This document shows, in pieces, positions 1 through 8,494 of a stretch of DNA of 64,000 nucleotides. The notes beneath the pieces were generated by a model. That model was not told the DNA's origin. It did not search any database and saw nothing but the letters and a program-made list of their open reading frames with translations. The first letter of the stretch is position 1, and each line of letters opens with the position of its first letter. Source of the DNA: Escherichia phage vB_EcoP_ShWW44; sequence record PQ900156.1; one strand, written 5' to 3'. Position numbers and translations under genes: made by a program.

Positions 1-5
1 GCTGG

Positions 6-56
6 GGCTACACCCTTACACTCAACTCCCCCCCCCGGTATGTTGACGGTGTAGCC
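6..56. repeat. 9-bp inverted repeat (GGCTACACC / GGTGTAGCC) enclosing a C9 homopolymer tract (28-36) at the window/genome left edge
   Basis: Perfect reverse-complement 9-mers at 6-14 and 48-56 read directly; nine consecutive C at 28-36. Confidence 0.5.
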
Positions 57-83
57 ACTACCCTACCCCACCTTACACGTTAC

Positions 84-98
84 ACATGCTCCGCATGT
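84..98 (+). promoter_or_regulatory. N4 vRNAP-type hairpin promoter (stem ACATGC / loop TCC / stem GCATGT)
   Basis: Inverted repeat with 3-nt loop; core GCTCCGC is the reverse complement of the N4 early promoter core GCGGAGC as recalled; followed by TATGGA; sits upstream of first ORF. Confidence 0.6.
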
Positions 99-140
99 TA
101 TGGACATGTCGTCCTATCATCAACTATTGGAGCTATCATC

Positions 141-464
141 ATGACTACTCAAGCTACTGTACGTATGACCGCAGGAACTTTACTTGGTACTGTTAACTCA
201 GCTGCTACTACTGTTGCAGATACCTTTGGTACAGCAACTAAAGCAGTAGGTATGCTTAATTCATATGTTAGTACTATGGCAGAGAAACAAGCCATTCGTA
301 CTAAATTAGAAATGCATACATTCGTAAACAAATTAGCTGAAGAAACAGCTATGAATGAGACTCTGCGTAAGAAAAGTATTGAGGAATTCTGCAAGGATTC
401 AGAGAACGCTCGTATCTATAACGCAGAATATTCCAAAGTAATTGACATCCTGACTAAAGACTAA
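141..464 (+). CDS. hypothetical early protein (107 aa)
   Basis: ORF with GGAG Shine-Dalgarno upstream of ATG; downstream of hairpin promoter; followed by terminator. Confidence 0.55.
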   Translation: MTTQATVRMTAGTLLGTVNSAATTVADTFGTATKAVGMLNSYVSTMAEKQAIRTKLEMHTFVNKLAEETAMNETLRKKSIEEFCKDSENARIYNAEYSKVIDILTKD

Positions 465-472
465 GTCACCTA

Positions 473-499
473 GGAGACTCTTCGGAGTCTCCTGTTTTG
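473..499 (+). terminator. rho-independent terminator (GGAGACTC-TTCG-GAGTCTCC + TGTTTTG)
   Basis: Perfect 8-bp stem, tetraloop, T-rich tail immediately after stop of 141..464. Confidence 0.7.
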
Positions 500-554
500 A
501 ACATTAGATAGATAATCAAAAGTAGATAACTATCTACTTTAGGAATAGAAAATC

Positions 555-884
555 ATGACTAAATTCCGTTGTATCAAAGGCAATTGTGACATTCCTGTTG
601 GAACAATTATTGAAGGAGAACTTAAGGGTGAATATATAATTCTCACTAAGGATTCTACTATTCTAATGGGAGAAAAGCCTATCTTTGAGAAAGGAGAACC
701 AGTTAAGTTAACTGGTTACGTATGGCAATGGGAAGCCTGTGAAGATAAGGAAGAACTACTGGAACGTTATGAGAAAGCTGTTCGTGCCCATGAAATGCTT
801 GGTGCTCAAGACCCGGAAGATTGGTCTGGAATTGAGGAAGAGTATGAATCTGCTAAGGCAGAATTGCTTAAACGTTTGTCTTAA
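555..884 (+). CDS. hypothetical early protein (109 aa, acidic C-terminus)
   Basis: ORF with AGGAA RBS; early-region context. Confidence 0.55.
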   Translation: MTKFRCIKGNCDIPVGTIIEGELKGEYIILTKDSTILMGEKPIFEKGEPVKLTGYVWQWEACEDKEELLERYEKAVRAHEMLGAQDPEDWSGIEEEYESAKAELLKRLS

Positions 885-890
885 AAACCG

Positions 891-903
891 GAAGCTCCGC
901 TTC
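891..903 (+). promoter_or_regulatory. N4 vRNAP-type hairpin promoter (GAAGC-TCC-GCTTC)
   Basis: 5-bp stem / 3-nt loop; reverse complement GAAGCGGAGCTTC matches the N4 early promoter hairpin as recalled; followed by TATTGGATAC. Confidence 0.7.
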
Positions 904-937
904 TATTGGATACATTTCAACCAATTAAGGAGCATCC

Positions 938-1153
938 ATGAACGTAAAATCTATCCGTATAATTGAGAATTGCTTTAGTGATAAACCAGTAGACCTCAGC
1001 AACTCAAGAAGGTCTACAGATAAAGAATATAAAGAGTTTCTATCCTTACTCGATGAATATCGTATGCAAGGGCATGTTGAATTACATGCCTTTCTGCATA
1101 ACTCAGGCTACTTCATGGACAAACTGGAAGCTAAAACAGGTTGTCCATTCTGA
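938..1153 (+). CDS. hypothetical early protein (71 aa)
   Basis: ORF with AAGGAG RBS just downstream of hairpin promoter. Confidence 0.5.
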   Translation: MNVKSIRIIENCFSDKPVDLSNSRRSTDKEYKEFLSLLDEYRMQGHVELHAFLHNSGYFMDKLEAKTGCPF

Positions 1154-1160
1154 AAACAAA

Positions 1161-1173
1161 GACGCTCCGCGTC
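1161..1173 (+). promoter_or_regulatory. N4 vRNAP-type hairpin promoter (GACGC-TCC-GCGTC)
   Basis: 5-bp stem / TCC loop, followed by TTATGGATGA similar to the other copies. Confidence 0.65.
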
Positions 1174-1281
1174 TTATGGATGATGTAAATGCATCCACTA
1201 ATCATTGAACTTTTATCTTTTTGTTTGGGTGTTCTCACCGACGAGTTCACCCGTAAATCACATAAATCTGGAGAGTACAAA

Positions 1282-1662
1282 ATGTCTATTCAAAAATTCA
1301 CTTTCGGTCAATCTAACAATGCTGCTACCACTGCTAAAGCTGACAAACCAAAAGCTCAGTTCTGGTTGAACATTGGTTATGTAGCTAATGAAGGCTCTGA
1401 TGATGAGAAATTCATCTCATTGCCTACTGGTATTCCACTGGATACTCAGGAACCGCTGCCTACTAATAGCAGCAATGCTGACTTCCGTGCTATGCGTTGT
1501 GCACAGAATGACTTGCTGGAACAGTTAATCGAATATGCTCAGAACCTGGAACCAGGTGAAGAAGGTATCATTAACCTGCAAGTTCAACTTCGTCGTGTGA
1601 AAGCAGAGGCTGCTGACATCCCAGCAGACGAGAATAAATATGCTCGTAAACTGACTTTCTAA
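1282..1662 (+). CDS. hypothetical early protein (126 aa); start moved to internal ATG with GGAGAG RBS
   Basis: Track ORF 1189..1662 starts inside promoter-proximal sequence without RBS; ATG at 1282 has strong SD. Confidence 0.5.
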   Translation: MSIQKFTFGQSNNAATTAKADKPKAQFWLNIGYVANEGSDDEKFISLPTGIPLDTQEPLPTNSSNADFRAMRCAQNDLLEQLIEYAQNLEPGEEGIINLQVQLRRVKAEAADIPADENKYARKLTF

Positions 1663-1672
1663 TCAACTACTA

Positions 1673-1700
1673 GACTCCCTTCGGGGAGTCTTTTATTTTT
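1673..1700 (+). terminator. rho-independent terminator (GACTCCC-TTCG-GGGAGTC + T-run)
   Basis: Stem-loop plus TTTTATTTTT directly after stop. Confidence 0.7.
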
Positions 1701-1805
1701 AACTAGACGATAAGCTATTTCTACTTTTTGAGTCTCTTTAGACGAAGGGTACTGAAACAGTAACCAGATAGATATAGATTTATATTAGATGAAGGAGTAA
1801 CCATT

Positions 1806-2102
1806 ATGCGTACAATATGTAACCGTTATAACTCACAGAAGTTGATTGTTACGTTACAACCGTGGGGCAGCAAGATGTCACTAAATGCTCGTTGGCAAGT
1901 ATCTGTAAAAGATGAAAATGGTCAGTGTTATGACCACTTCTTTGCAGCTAAACCTACTCGTAAACAAATTAGTAAACTTCACAAAGTACGTAAGCATTAC
2001 TTACTTAGTAAATGCTACGAATGTGGCAAAAGGATAGAACTGGGTAAAGAATTTACCTTAGATGACTTAAACTATGCACACGCTGACTGCCTAAAAGGAT
2101 AA
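1806..2102 (+). CDS. small Cys/His-containing (zinc-binding-like) protein (98 aa)
   Basis: ORF with GAAGGAG RBS; CYECGK ... HADC motif. Confidence 0.5.
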   Translation: MRTICNRYNSQKLIVTLQPWGSKMSLNARWQVSVKDENGQCYDHFFAAKPTRKQISKLHKVRKHYLLSKCYECGKRIELGKEFTLDDLNYAHADCLKG

Positions 2103-2106
2103 GACT

Positions 2107-2325
2107 ATGTTGGACTTCATTGCGTTTGTAATACTCTGCTATGTGCTATATCGCCTACGTGGTTACATCCTCAATGGAGCCAAGTGGATAATTACTAAGC
2201 TGGTACTTATCTGTAAGTTACCAGTTGTATTAGTTAAGTGTTTGTTTGCTTCCATCATAGCTAAAGAGGTGCGTAAACAACTATGGGCTAAGGAAGCAGA
2301 AGACTATGTTAAGAGGAACCAGTGA
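2107..2325 (+). CDS. small hydrophobic membrane protein (72 aa)
   Basis: ORF; hydrophobic N-terminal half. Confidence 0.45.
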   Translation: MLDFIAFVILCYVLYRLRGYILNGAKWIITKLVLICKLPVVLVKCLFASIIAKEVRKQLWAKEAEDYVKRNQ

Positions 2326-2471
2326 TGAATTATTCAGAATTGTGGCTTAAGTTTTATGAAGATTGGCTTAGTGCTGTATCTGGTAGACGCACCGAAGGTG
2401 ATATGAACCGGGCAAAGGAATTTGCAGATAATTGTATAAAGTCACTGAAGGAACCAGATGATATTCACTAA
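2325..2471 (+). CDS. small ORF (48 aa), ATGA stop/start overlap with upstream gene
   Basis: Below the track length cutoff; read manually; coupling-type overlap. Confidence 0.3.
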   Translation: MNYSELWLKFYEDWLSAVSGRRTEGDMNRAKEFADNCIKSLKEPDDIH

Positions 2472-2634
2472 CATAGAAGATGCCATTGAAGAGTGTATCT
2501 TTCGTAGGACCACTGGTGTACAGAAAAGACACTACGGTGTTGTACAACAAGGCCATCAAATGGTTGTAAGAATTGTACGTAACAGTAAACCTTCACGTAT
2601 TATGTGGAGTACTAAATCATGCGTAAGTCATTAA
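2458..2634 (+). CDS. small ORF (58 aa)
   Basis: Manual read; AAGGA RBS upstream of ATG; fills otherwise ORF-free gap. Confidence 0.3.
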   Translation: MIFTNIEDAIEECIFRRTTGVQKRHYGVVQQGHQMVVRIVRNSKPSRIMWSTKSCVSH

Positions 2635-2750
2635 TCATGGGAACCAGAGAAGACGTACAAAAGATGAAAGAACGTCTGGCTGCAAAGAAACAGTCATCTG
2701 AACCAGTACGTAAGATTGTTACCTTCAATCATCCAATATTAGGAAACTAA
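2619..2750 (+). CDS. small ORF (43 aa)
   Basis: Manual read; fills gap before 2753 gene. Confidence 0.25.
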   Translation: MRKSLIMGTREDVQKMKERLAAKKQSSEPVRKIVTFNHPILGN

Positions 2751-2752
2751 TC

Positions 2753-2965
2753 ATGTATTTCGTAATCTTTGTAGCACTAATGTATCTGAACGTTTGGCTC
2801 ACTAATGTAGCAGGTAATATTACTAAAACTTTGTCTACTAATAATGATGCCAGAGGTTTTGCAATATTTGGTTATGTTACTGCATTAACCAAGGGATTGA
2901 GCATAGGCTATGGCTTATGGTTCATATACTATTGTGTAGTCAATTTCCCATATTCATTTATATGA
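2753..2965 (+). CDS. small membrane protein (70 aa)
   Basis: ORF with AGGAA RBS; two hydrophobic segments. Confidence 0.5.
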   Translation: MYFVIFVALMYLNVWLTNVAGNITKTLSTNNDARGFAIFGYVTALTKGLSIGYGLWFIYYCVVNFPYSFI

Positions 2966-3025
2966 ACTGGCCTATTTCAATAGCCATGTTTGTACTGTTA
3001 ACCTACAGTGCATTAGTAGAACTGG

Positions 3026-3057
3026 GAGTCCTCCATTAGGAGGGCTTCTATTTTTTA
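3026..3057 (+). terminator. rho-independent terminator
   Basis: CCTCC-ATTA-GGAGG stem-loop followed by TATTTTTTATT. Confidence 0.55.
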
Positions 3058-3099
3058 TTCTTGAATAGTTAGATATGTATTTAAACAGGAGAAATTATC

Positions 3100-3414
3100 T
3101 TGAATGAAATTGTTTGTATACTTCCTCATTCAGCTAAGATAGCTGACCGGAATATACGTATCCACTTACCATTTCCACTAAGCAATCCATTCACTCGTAA
3201 TGAAAGAACCACAGTAGAGGATGTAGAGGTAGCTTATGAAGCTTACCTTCGTAATCGTCTTATTAGTGGTGACAAACTAATTACAGCAGAGATGGAAAGG
3301 ATTGCATCCTTTGTAACAGATAGTACAGGTAAGCCTGTTGGCCTAATTGGTACTGAATCTGATGTTAACGTTATTCGTAAAATACTAATGGAGGCACTCG
3401 GTGAACAATCTTAG
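3100..3414 (+). CDS. hypothetical protein (104 aa), TTG start
   Basis: ORF; AGGAG 8 nt upstream of TTG. Confidence 0.45.
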   Translation: MNEIVCILPHSAKIADRNIRIHLPFPLSNPFTRNERTTVEDVEVAYEAYLRNRLISGDKLITAEMERIASFVTDSTGKPVGLIGTESDVNVIRKILMEALGEQS

Positions 3415-3646
3415 TGATGTCATCATAGATAAAACAATATTAGTGAATCCCAAAGGGTATGCCTGGTTCATGCTAAAGCATACCCGTAAGGTATATGTTA
3501 GAAAAGTATATATACGTAACTTTGGTAAGTTATCTTACAGAGAAGTACGTATTAATAATGAGATGTACTTTCTAGATGAGTCAGTGATTATCAAATCAAC
3601 CGAAGACAGAAAAGCCCCTTACTTTAACTATTACGGATTCAAGTAA
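3401..3646 (+). CDS. hypothetical protein (81 aa)
   Basis: ORF overlapping upstream gene by 14 nt. Confidence 0.4.
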   Translation: MNNLSDVIIDKTILVNPKGYAWFMLKHTRKVYVRKVYIRNFGKLSYREVRINNEMYFLDESVIIKSTEDRKAPYFNYYGFK

Positions 3647-3647
3647 A

Positions 3648-3869
3648 ATGCTGTTCAGCACTAATTATGGTATTTGCCCGATTTGCAATAAAGGAAGAGG
3701 AGTTGCTAATCATAAGAAGTGTAGTCGTATTCTACAGAAACAACGGAACCAGAAAGAATGGGCTAAGGTATTGGAAAACCAACACAAAGATGAGTTCAAG
3801 AAGACAGCTGTTAAGGCATCTACTCAGCTCATTCGTCGTACTAACTTCATAGAAGGCTACCAGAAATGA
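3648..3869 (+). CDS. small Cys-containing basic protein (73 aa)
   Basis: ORF; CPICNKG ... KKCSR motif. Confidence 0.45.
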   Translation: MLFSTNYGICPICNKGRGVANHKKCSRILQKQRNQKEWAKVLENQHKDEFKKTAVKASTQLIRRTNFIEGYQK

Positions 3870-4222
3870 AACTAATCATAGCCGGTGGAAGAGACTTCGT
3901 AGATACCAATCGTATGATTGAGGAACTACAGAAGTTAGTAAATTCAGGGAATATACCTGAATGCCCAGAATTAGTATGTGGTATGGCTCGCGGAGCAGAT
4001 ATATTAGCATTCCGTCTATGGAAATCTGCAAATATGCAGATACATGTATTCCCTGCTGAATGGGATACCTATGGCAAGTCTGCTGGATTCCGTAGGAATA
4101 AAGAAATGGGTGAATTTGCAGATGCTGCTGTATGTTTCTGGGATGGTAATTCCAAAGGAACCAAGCACATGATTGATATCATGAATAAGCTAAATAAACC
4201 TGTATACGTCGTGAGGTATTAG
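3866..4222 (+). CDS. SLOG/DUF2493-like Rossmann-fold nucleotide-binding protein (118 aa)
   Basis: Motifs IIAGGRDF, GMARGADILA, EWDTYGKSAGFRRN, WDGNSKGT resemble the SLOG (YspA/DprA/LOG-like) family as recalled; ATGA overlap with upstream ORF. Confidence 0.55.
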   Translation: MKLIIAGGRDFVDTNRMIEELQKLVNSGNIPECPELVCGMARGADILAFRLWKSANMQIHVFPAEWDTYGKSAGFRRNKEMGEFADAAVCFWDGNSKGTKHMIDIMNKLNKPVYVVRY

Positions 4223-4480
4223 ATGATTATTACATACCCTACAGGCAGACTGTGGAATTATATGAAGCATACTATTGCAATGCCTCATTGGGTTAAGTAT
4301 ATAGCGTTATTACTACGGACATATAAGAGTGCCAACACCTCACTGATAGGATTCTCAAGAAAGCCTAAGCTAACAGAAAACAATATTTGGGTATCCTCTG
4401 GGAGACAAGAAGAGATTGGTTTCTGTGATTATGAGTATGTCGATGACATAACTTATGGGACATTGGAGAAGGTGAAGTGA
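4223..4480 (+). CDS. hypothetical protein (85 aa)
   Basis: ORF in operon-like array. Confidence 0.45.
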   Translation: MIITYPTGRLWNYMKHTIAMPHWVKYIALLLRTYKSANTSLIGFSRKPKLTENNIWVSSGRQEEIGFCDYEYVDDITYGTLEKVK

Positions 4481-4791
4481 AAACTATTTTAGTAGTTCAT
4501 GATTCTACATTTACTGATGTAGATAAAATGATGCGTAATATTGATTATGTATCTCAAACAAGCCAAGCATTCAATGAAGAGTTTACTCTGTACTGCAATG
4601 CTGAATCTCCTCTGGTTCCTATTCTTAAGGAGTCAGGTCTACCATTCTCTACAGAGAACTTCCCGGAAGAACCAGACTATGTAATCTCATTTATCTATGA
4701 CTTACATGATGGTTCTGAAACCAGTGAATTAGCTATGAACCAGTGGCGTAGTAAACGTCCTGTGTTCGCATTTCAGGTACTTAAACCATGA
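4477..4791 (+). CDS. hypothetical protein (104 aa), GTG start overlapping upstream stop
   Basis: ORF. Confidence 0.45.
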   Translation: MKTILVVHDSTFTDVDKMMRNIDYVSQTSQAFNEEFTLYCNAESPLVPILKESGLPFSTENFPEEPDYVISFIYDLHDGSETSELAMNQWRSKRPVFAFQVLKP

Positions 4792-5168
4792 AGATTATGT
4801 CATTAGGTGACGACACCAATGCTTTACTTGGTGTATCTGCACGTCCAATCATCATTGTTAATAAACATCACGGTAAATCTGGTGAATATATTGGGCGTGG
4901 CTCACCATTAGGCAATCCATTCGTTATTGGTAAAGACGGTTCAAGAGAACAGGTTATAGCCAAGTATCGAGTATGGCTTAATGAACAAATCATGAGAAAG
5001 AATCCAGTTGTACTGGATGAACTTAATCGTCTTGGTAATAAAGCTATTGACGAAAAAGGATTAGCCTTACAGTGCTTCTGTTACCCAAAACCATGTCATG
5101 GTGAGGTTATTAAAGAGAAGCTAGTAAAAGCTATGTATAACTACTTTGTGGAGAATCCTAATGGATAA
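4788..5168 (+). CDS. DUF4326-like protein (126 aa)
   Basis: Motifs IVNKHH, YIGRGSPLGNPF, YRVWL, CFCYPKPCHG match the DUF4326 pattern as recalled; ATGA overlap. Confidence 0.55.
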   Translation: MKIMSLGDDTNALLGVSARPIIIVNKHHGKSGEYIGRGSPLGNPFVIGKDGSREQVIAKYRVWLNEQIMRKNPVVLDELNRLGNKAIDEKGLALQCFCYPKPCHGEVIKEKLVKAMYNYFVENPNG

Positions 5169-5346
5169 ACAATGCAAATGTGGTAAAGGCCATGTATCCC
5201 AATGGGATGGTAAATGTGGTCATTGCCGAACCAAGAAGGAACAGAAAGACCACGAACAAGCTCTTGATTATATAGAAGTAATCCGTGAATACTACAGTAT
5301 GACCAGACGCGATGCTTATATTTATAACAGAGAAGGGGGTAAGTGA
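5161..5346 (+). CDS. small zinc-ribbon-like protein (61 aa)
   Basis: CKCGKG ... CGHC motif; start moved to ATG with GGAG SD. Confidence 0.45.
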   Translation: MDKQCKCGKGHVSQWDGKCGHCRTKKEQKDHEQALDYIEVIREYYSMTRRDAYIYNREGGK

Positions 5347-5693
5347 AAGAAATCTTAGTATTCACTACCAATACACTTGGGCAGCATACTAATGCTGCTG
5401 CCAAATTAGCTTATAAGAAGCACGGTGCTCGTTGGGGTATGGCCTATGGTCATTATGGTAATAGCTTTGCTATTCCAGTAAAGGATGGCAATGGTAACCG
5501 AATTAAAGAAGGTGCTATCTATGGCTTCATTGAAGGCTTTATTGCATATGCATCTTCTAATCCACAGTGGGATTTCAAAGTCATGAGTAATGATTATCTG
5601 GATCCATACCAATTCATTAATGTCACAGGCAACGTGCTGTTACCGGAAGCATGGCGTAAACACTTAGGTGATGCTTACAACTACTGGAGTTAA
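5343..5693 (+). CDS. hypothetical protein (116 aa)
   Basis: ORF, GTG start overlapping upstream stop; Gly-rich motifs of unknown family. Confidence 0.45.
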   Translation: MKEILVFTTNTLGQHTNAAAKLAYKKHGARWGMAYGHYGNSFAIPVKDGNGNRIKEGAIYGFIEGFIAYASSNPQWDFKVMSNDYLDPYQFINVTGNVLLPEAWRKHLGDAYNYWS

Positions 5694-5695
5694 TA

Positions 5696-5956
5696 ATGAC
5701 TTATGAAGAATTATGGTCTGCTCAAGTCAGAGCCAGAGCACTTACACGACATGACATCTATTGTGCATTACAGAACGAATCAAAGAGTCGTACTAAGCTG
5801 GGTCACGTATCTGGTTTCATCAAAATACCTATGACTAGTCTAGTATGGCCTTATAAGAAGAAATGTAATGAGTTTAATGGTAATGGTTTGCATGTACGTA
5901 TTTATTACCTTGGCGATGAAAATAGTATTCGTATTAACTTTTGGACTAAGCGTTAG
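5696..5956 (+). CDS. hypothetical protein (86 aa)
   Basis: ORF. Confidence 0.45.
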   Translation: MTYEELWSAQVRARALTRHDIYCALQNESKSRTKLGHVSGFIKIPMTSLVWPYKKKCNEFNGNGLHVRIYYLGDENSIRINFWTKR

Positions 5957-5961
5957 GTAAT

Positions 5962-5976
5962 AGCTGCTCCGCAGCT
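5962..5976 (+). promoter_or_regulatory. N4 vRNAP-type hairpin promoter (AGCTGC-TCC-GCAGCT) upstream of the RNAP II genes
   Basis: 6-bp stem / TCC loop with the same GCTCCGC core; immediately upstream of the RNAP1 leader. Confidence 0.6.
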
Positions 5977-5978
5977 TT

Positions 5979-6004
5979 TGGTTATTAATCACATTTAGGA
6001 GAAT
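5979..6004 (+). promoter_or_regulatory. conserved leader motif TGGTTATTAATCAC..TTAGGAGAAT (copy 1, upstream of RNAP1)
   Basis: Near-identical to 31718-31744 upstream of the SSB-like gene. Confidence 0.4.
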
Positions 6005-6009
6005 ATGCG

Positions 6010-6828
6010 ATGTACTCATCTATTGAACATCAGAAGCGACTTGAAATCCTTTTCAACAAAAATCAATTACTACCTCGCATGAGGAAGGAATTCGAGGACT
6101 CCGAAGAAATTGACTTTAAGGCATTCGCTGCCTATTCGGAAATTGATTATAAGCTGCTCATTGATGCAATGGTGCAGATTGCCCTACATAAACGTGCTGA
6201 CATTCAGACTATGATTGGCTCTCTCATGAGTCACTCAGATGATGCTCAGTACATCGCTGACTGTCTGTATAAGATGGCAGAGAATGACTGCTTCAACTAT
6301 GACCCTACCATCGACAAGTTCGGTGTTATTTATGAGATTAGTGAAGATGTACAGATGGAACTGGAAGCATTCCAGTATCCATTGCCTATCGTAAGTGCTC
6401 CTAAGCCTGTTCTGTGTAACCGTGATACTGGTTACTACGAAAGCAGAGGTAGCATCATCCTCAAGAAGAACCATCATGAGATGGATGTCTGTCTTGATCA
6501 CATCAACCGTATGAACAATCAACGTCTCTGTATTAACTGGGACGTTGCTAACTATGTAAAAGACTCTCGTCCTAACATGGATAAACCCAAAGAAGGTGAA
6601 ACCCGTCAGGACTATGAGAAACGTGTTAAAGCCTTTGAGAAGTACAGTCGTACAGCTAAGGAAGTAATGGAGCTAGTGACCAAAGAAGGTAATAACTTCT
6701 CACTGGCTCACAAGTATGACAAACGTGGGCGTACCTATGCCTGTGGCTACCACATCAACTATCAGGGAACCAGTTACAACAAAGCTGTGCTGGAGTTCGC
6801 TGATAAGGAGCTAGTAAATGAAGACTAA
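6010..6828 (+). CDS. RNA polymerase II small subunit-like (N4 RNAP1-like), 272 aa
   Basis: Position directly upstream of the T7-like RNAP catalytic subunit, as in N4; no independent motif confirmed. Confidence 0.55.
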   Translation: MYSSIEHQKRLEILFNKNQLLPRMRKEFEDSEEIDFKAFAAYSEIDYKLLIDAMVQIALHKRADIQTMIGSLMSHSDDAQYIADCLYKMAENDCFNYDPTIDKFGVIYEISEDVQMELEAFQYPLPIVSAPKPVLCNRDTGYYESRGSIILKKNHHEMDVCLDHINRMNNQRLCINWDVANYVKDSRPNMDKPKEGETRQDYEKRVKAFEKYSRTAKEVMELVTKEGNNFSLAHKYDKRGRTYACGYHINYQGTSYNKAVLEFADKELVNED

Positions 6829-7036
6829 CATTGGCTCCTATGAACTATGGGTTAATGAAGAGTGTGTCTACTCAGGTACATATGTGAAGTGCTTATACTT
6901 TGAGAAGCTTTACAAGCTTCAAAACCCTAAGAGTAAAACCATTATTTATAAACTATCTGCCGACGTAGTAACTGGCTAATCCATCCAATAAGCAGGCTCT
7001 CCATAGTGGAGAGCCAAGAAGCAAAAGGAACATAAA

Positions 7037-8254
7037 ATGCAACTGTTAACCGCTCGTGAATACCTGAAAGTAGATATCGCTAATAACTATGGCTTAGATA
7101 AGAAGACATGGGATGAACGTATTGCCTGGTTCGATGAGAACGAAGCTAACCTGCTTAATCTGGTAGATGAAGCAGAGGATTCTGCTCTATTCTTTGCAGG
7201 CATAAATGCATGGAAAGATATGAAAGCTGGTAAGCCTATTGGTTATGCCGTAGCTCTGGATGCTACATCGTCAGGCTTGCAATTGCTGGCTTGTCTGACT
7301 GGTGACCGTTCTGCTGCTGAACTGTGTAACGTAGTTAACTACATGGGCGAGAATGGTAAGCCATTACGTCGTGATGCTTATACAGTCATCTACCATAAGA
7401 TGCTGGATATCCTTGGTGAAGCATCACGTATTAAACGTAGTGACACTAAGCAGGCAGTTATGACTGCATTCTACGGCTCAGAAGCCAAGCCTAAAGAAGT
7501 ATTCGGTGAAGGTATTCGTCTCAAGACTTTTGAGAATGTAATGGAAACTGTTGCTAGTGGTCCTTGGGCACTTAACAAGTTCTTACTGCAATGTGGTAAC
7601 CCGGACGCCAACCGTTACATATGGATACTGCCTGACAACTTCCACGCTGTCATTAAGGTCATGGTTCCAGAGGTACAGACTGTTAACTTCTTAGGTAAAC
7701 CGTTCGACATCACTCGTATGGTTCAGGGTACTGAAGAGAAGACTCGTATGCTCTCTGCTAATATCACTCACTCTATTGATGGGATGGTGGTACGTGAGAT
7801 GCTACGTCGTTGTAACTTCGACCGTGACTTAGTAGAAGCTGTGCGAGAACTCTGTGATGAAGGTCCATCAGAATATGGGGAGATTGCAGGTAATCTGGAG
7901 AAGGTACAAGAGCTATGGAGCCATTATGAGAAATCTGGCTTCTTATCCGTATCAATCCTGGATTATCTTGACCCATGCACTATTGCTTATGTAGACCGTC
8001 AGGTAGTAGCAGATATGATTGACACTATGCCTAAGAAGCCATTCCCTGTAATGACTGTACATGACTGCTTCCGTTGCCATCCTAACTACGGTAATGACTT
8101 GCGTCGTCAGTATAATCAGATTCTGTCTGATATTGCTAAGAGTGACTTGCTTGGATTCATTCTGTCTCAGGTACTGGGACAAGAGTTCTCTGCTGGTAAG
8201 CTGGATGACAGCCTCTGGCAGGACATTCTGGAGACTGATTATGCATTAAGTTAG
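7037..8254 (+). CDS. T7-like single-subunit RNA polymerase catalytic subunit (N4 RNAP2-like), 405 aa
   Basis: Motif A-like LDATSSGLQ, motif B-like RSDTKQAVMTAFYGS, motif C-like VHDCF. Confidence 0.85.
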   Translation: MQLLTAREYLKVDIANNYGLDKKTWDERIAWFDENEANLLNLVDEAEDSALFFAGINAWKDMKAGKPIGYAVALDATSSGLQLLACLTGDRSAAELCNVVNYMGENGKPLRRDAYTVIYHKMLDILGEASRIKRSDTKQAVMTAFYGSEAKPKEVFGEGIRLKTFENVMETVASGPWALNKFLLQCGNPDANRYIWILPDNFHAVIKVMVPEVQTVNFLGKPFDITRMVQGTEEKTRMLSANITHSIDGMVVREMLRRCNFDRDLVEAVRELCDEGPSEYGEIAGNLEKVQELWSHYEKSGFLSVSILDYLDPCTIAYVDRQVVADMIDTMPKKPFPVMTVHDCFRCHPNYGNDLRRQYNQILSDIAKSDLLGFILSQVLGQEFSAGKLDDSLWQDILETDYALS

Positions 8255-8261
8255 TAAACTA

Positions 8262-8294
8262 GCCTCATTCCTTCGGGAGTGGGGCTTATTTTTT
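8262..8294 (+). terminator. rho-independent terminator
   Basis: CCTCATTCC-TTCG-GGAGTGGGG hairpin (G-U pairs) + CTTATTTTTTC. Confidence 0.6.
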
Positions 8295-8494
8295 CTTTGG
8301 AGGTAGCAACTATGCTAATCACTTTTGAAGTAATCTTTCAGTTAATACTGATAGTTTTATCTGTACTGGTTCTGGCTACGATAGTCCGTGCCCACAAGTC
8401 TAAGTTTGCTTACTGCTACTATGGGGCATACTCACTAGGCTGCTTTGTAATGGCAGGATGGATAGCTTTTGCTATCTACTGTGTAAACAACTAA
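8279..8494 (+). CDS. small membrane protein (71 aa)
   Basis: Two hydrophobic helices; overlaps terminator tail, so uncertain. Confidence 0.35.
   Translation: MGLIFSLEVATMLITFEVIFQLILIVLSVLVLATIVRAHKSKFAYCYYGAYSLGCFVMAGWIAFAIYCVNN

Noticed and set aside
1189-1281. Track start at 1189 for the 157-aa ORF
   Set aside because: Lies directly after the promoter hairpin with no Shine-Dalgarno; internal ATG at 1282 has GGAGAG.
6993-7013. Hairpin GGCTCTCC-ATAGT-GGAGAGCC upstream of RNAP2 as a terminator
   Set aside because: No U-run follows; more likely a leader structure or processing site than a terminator.
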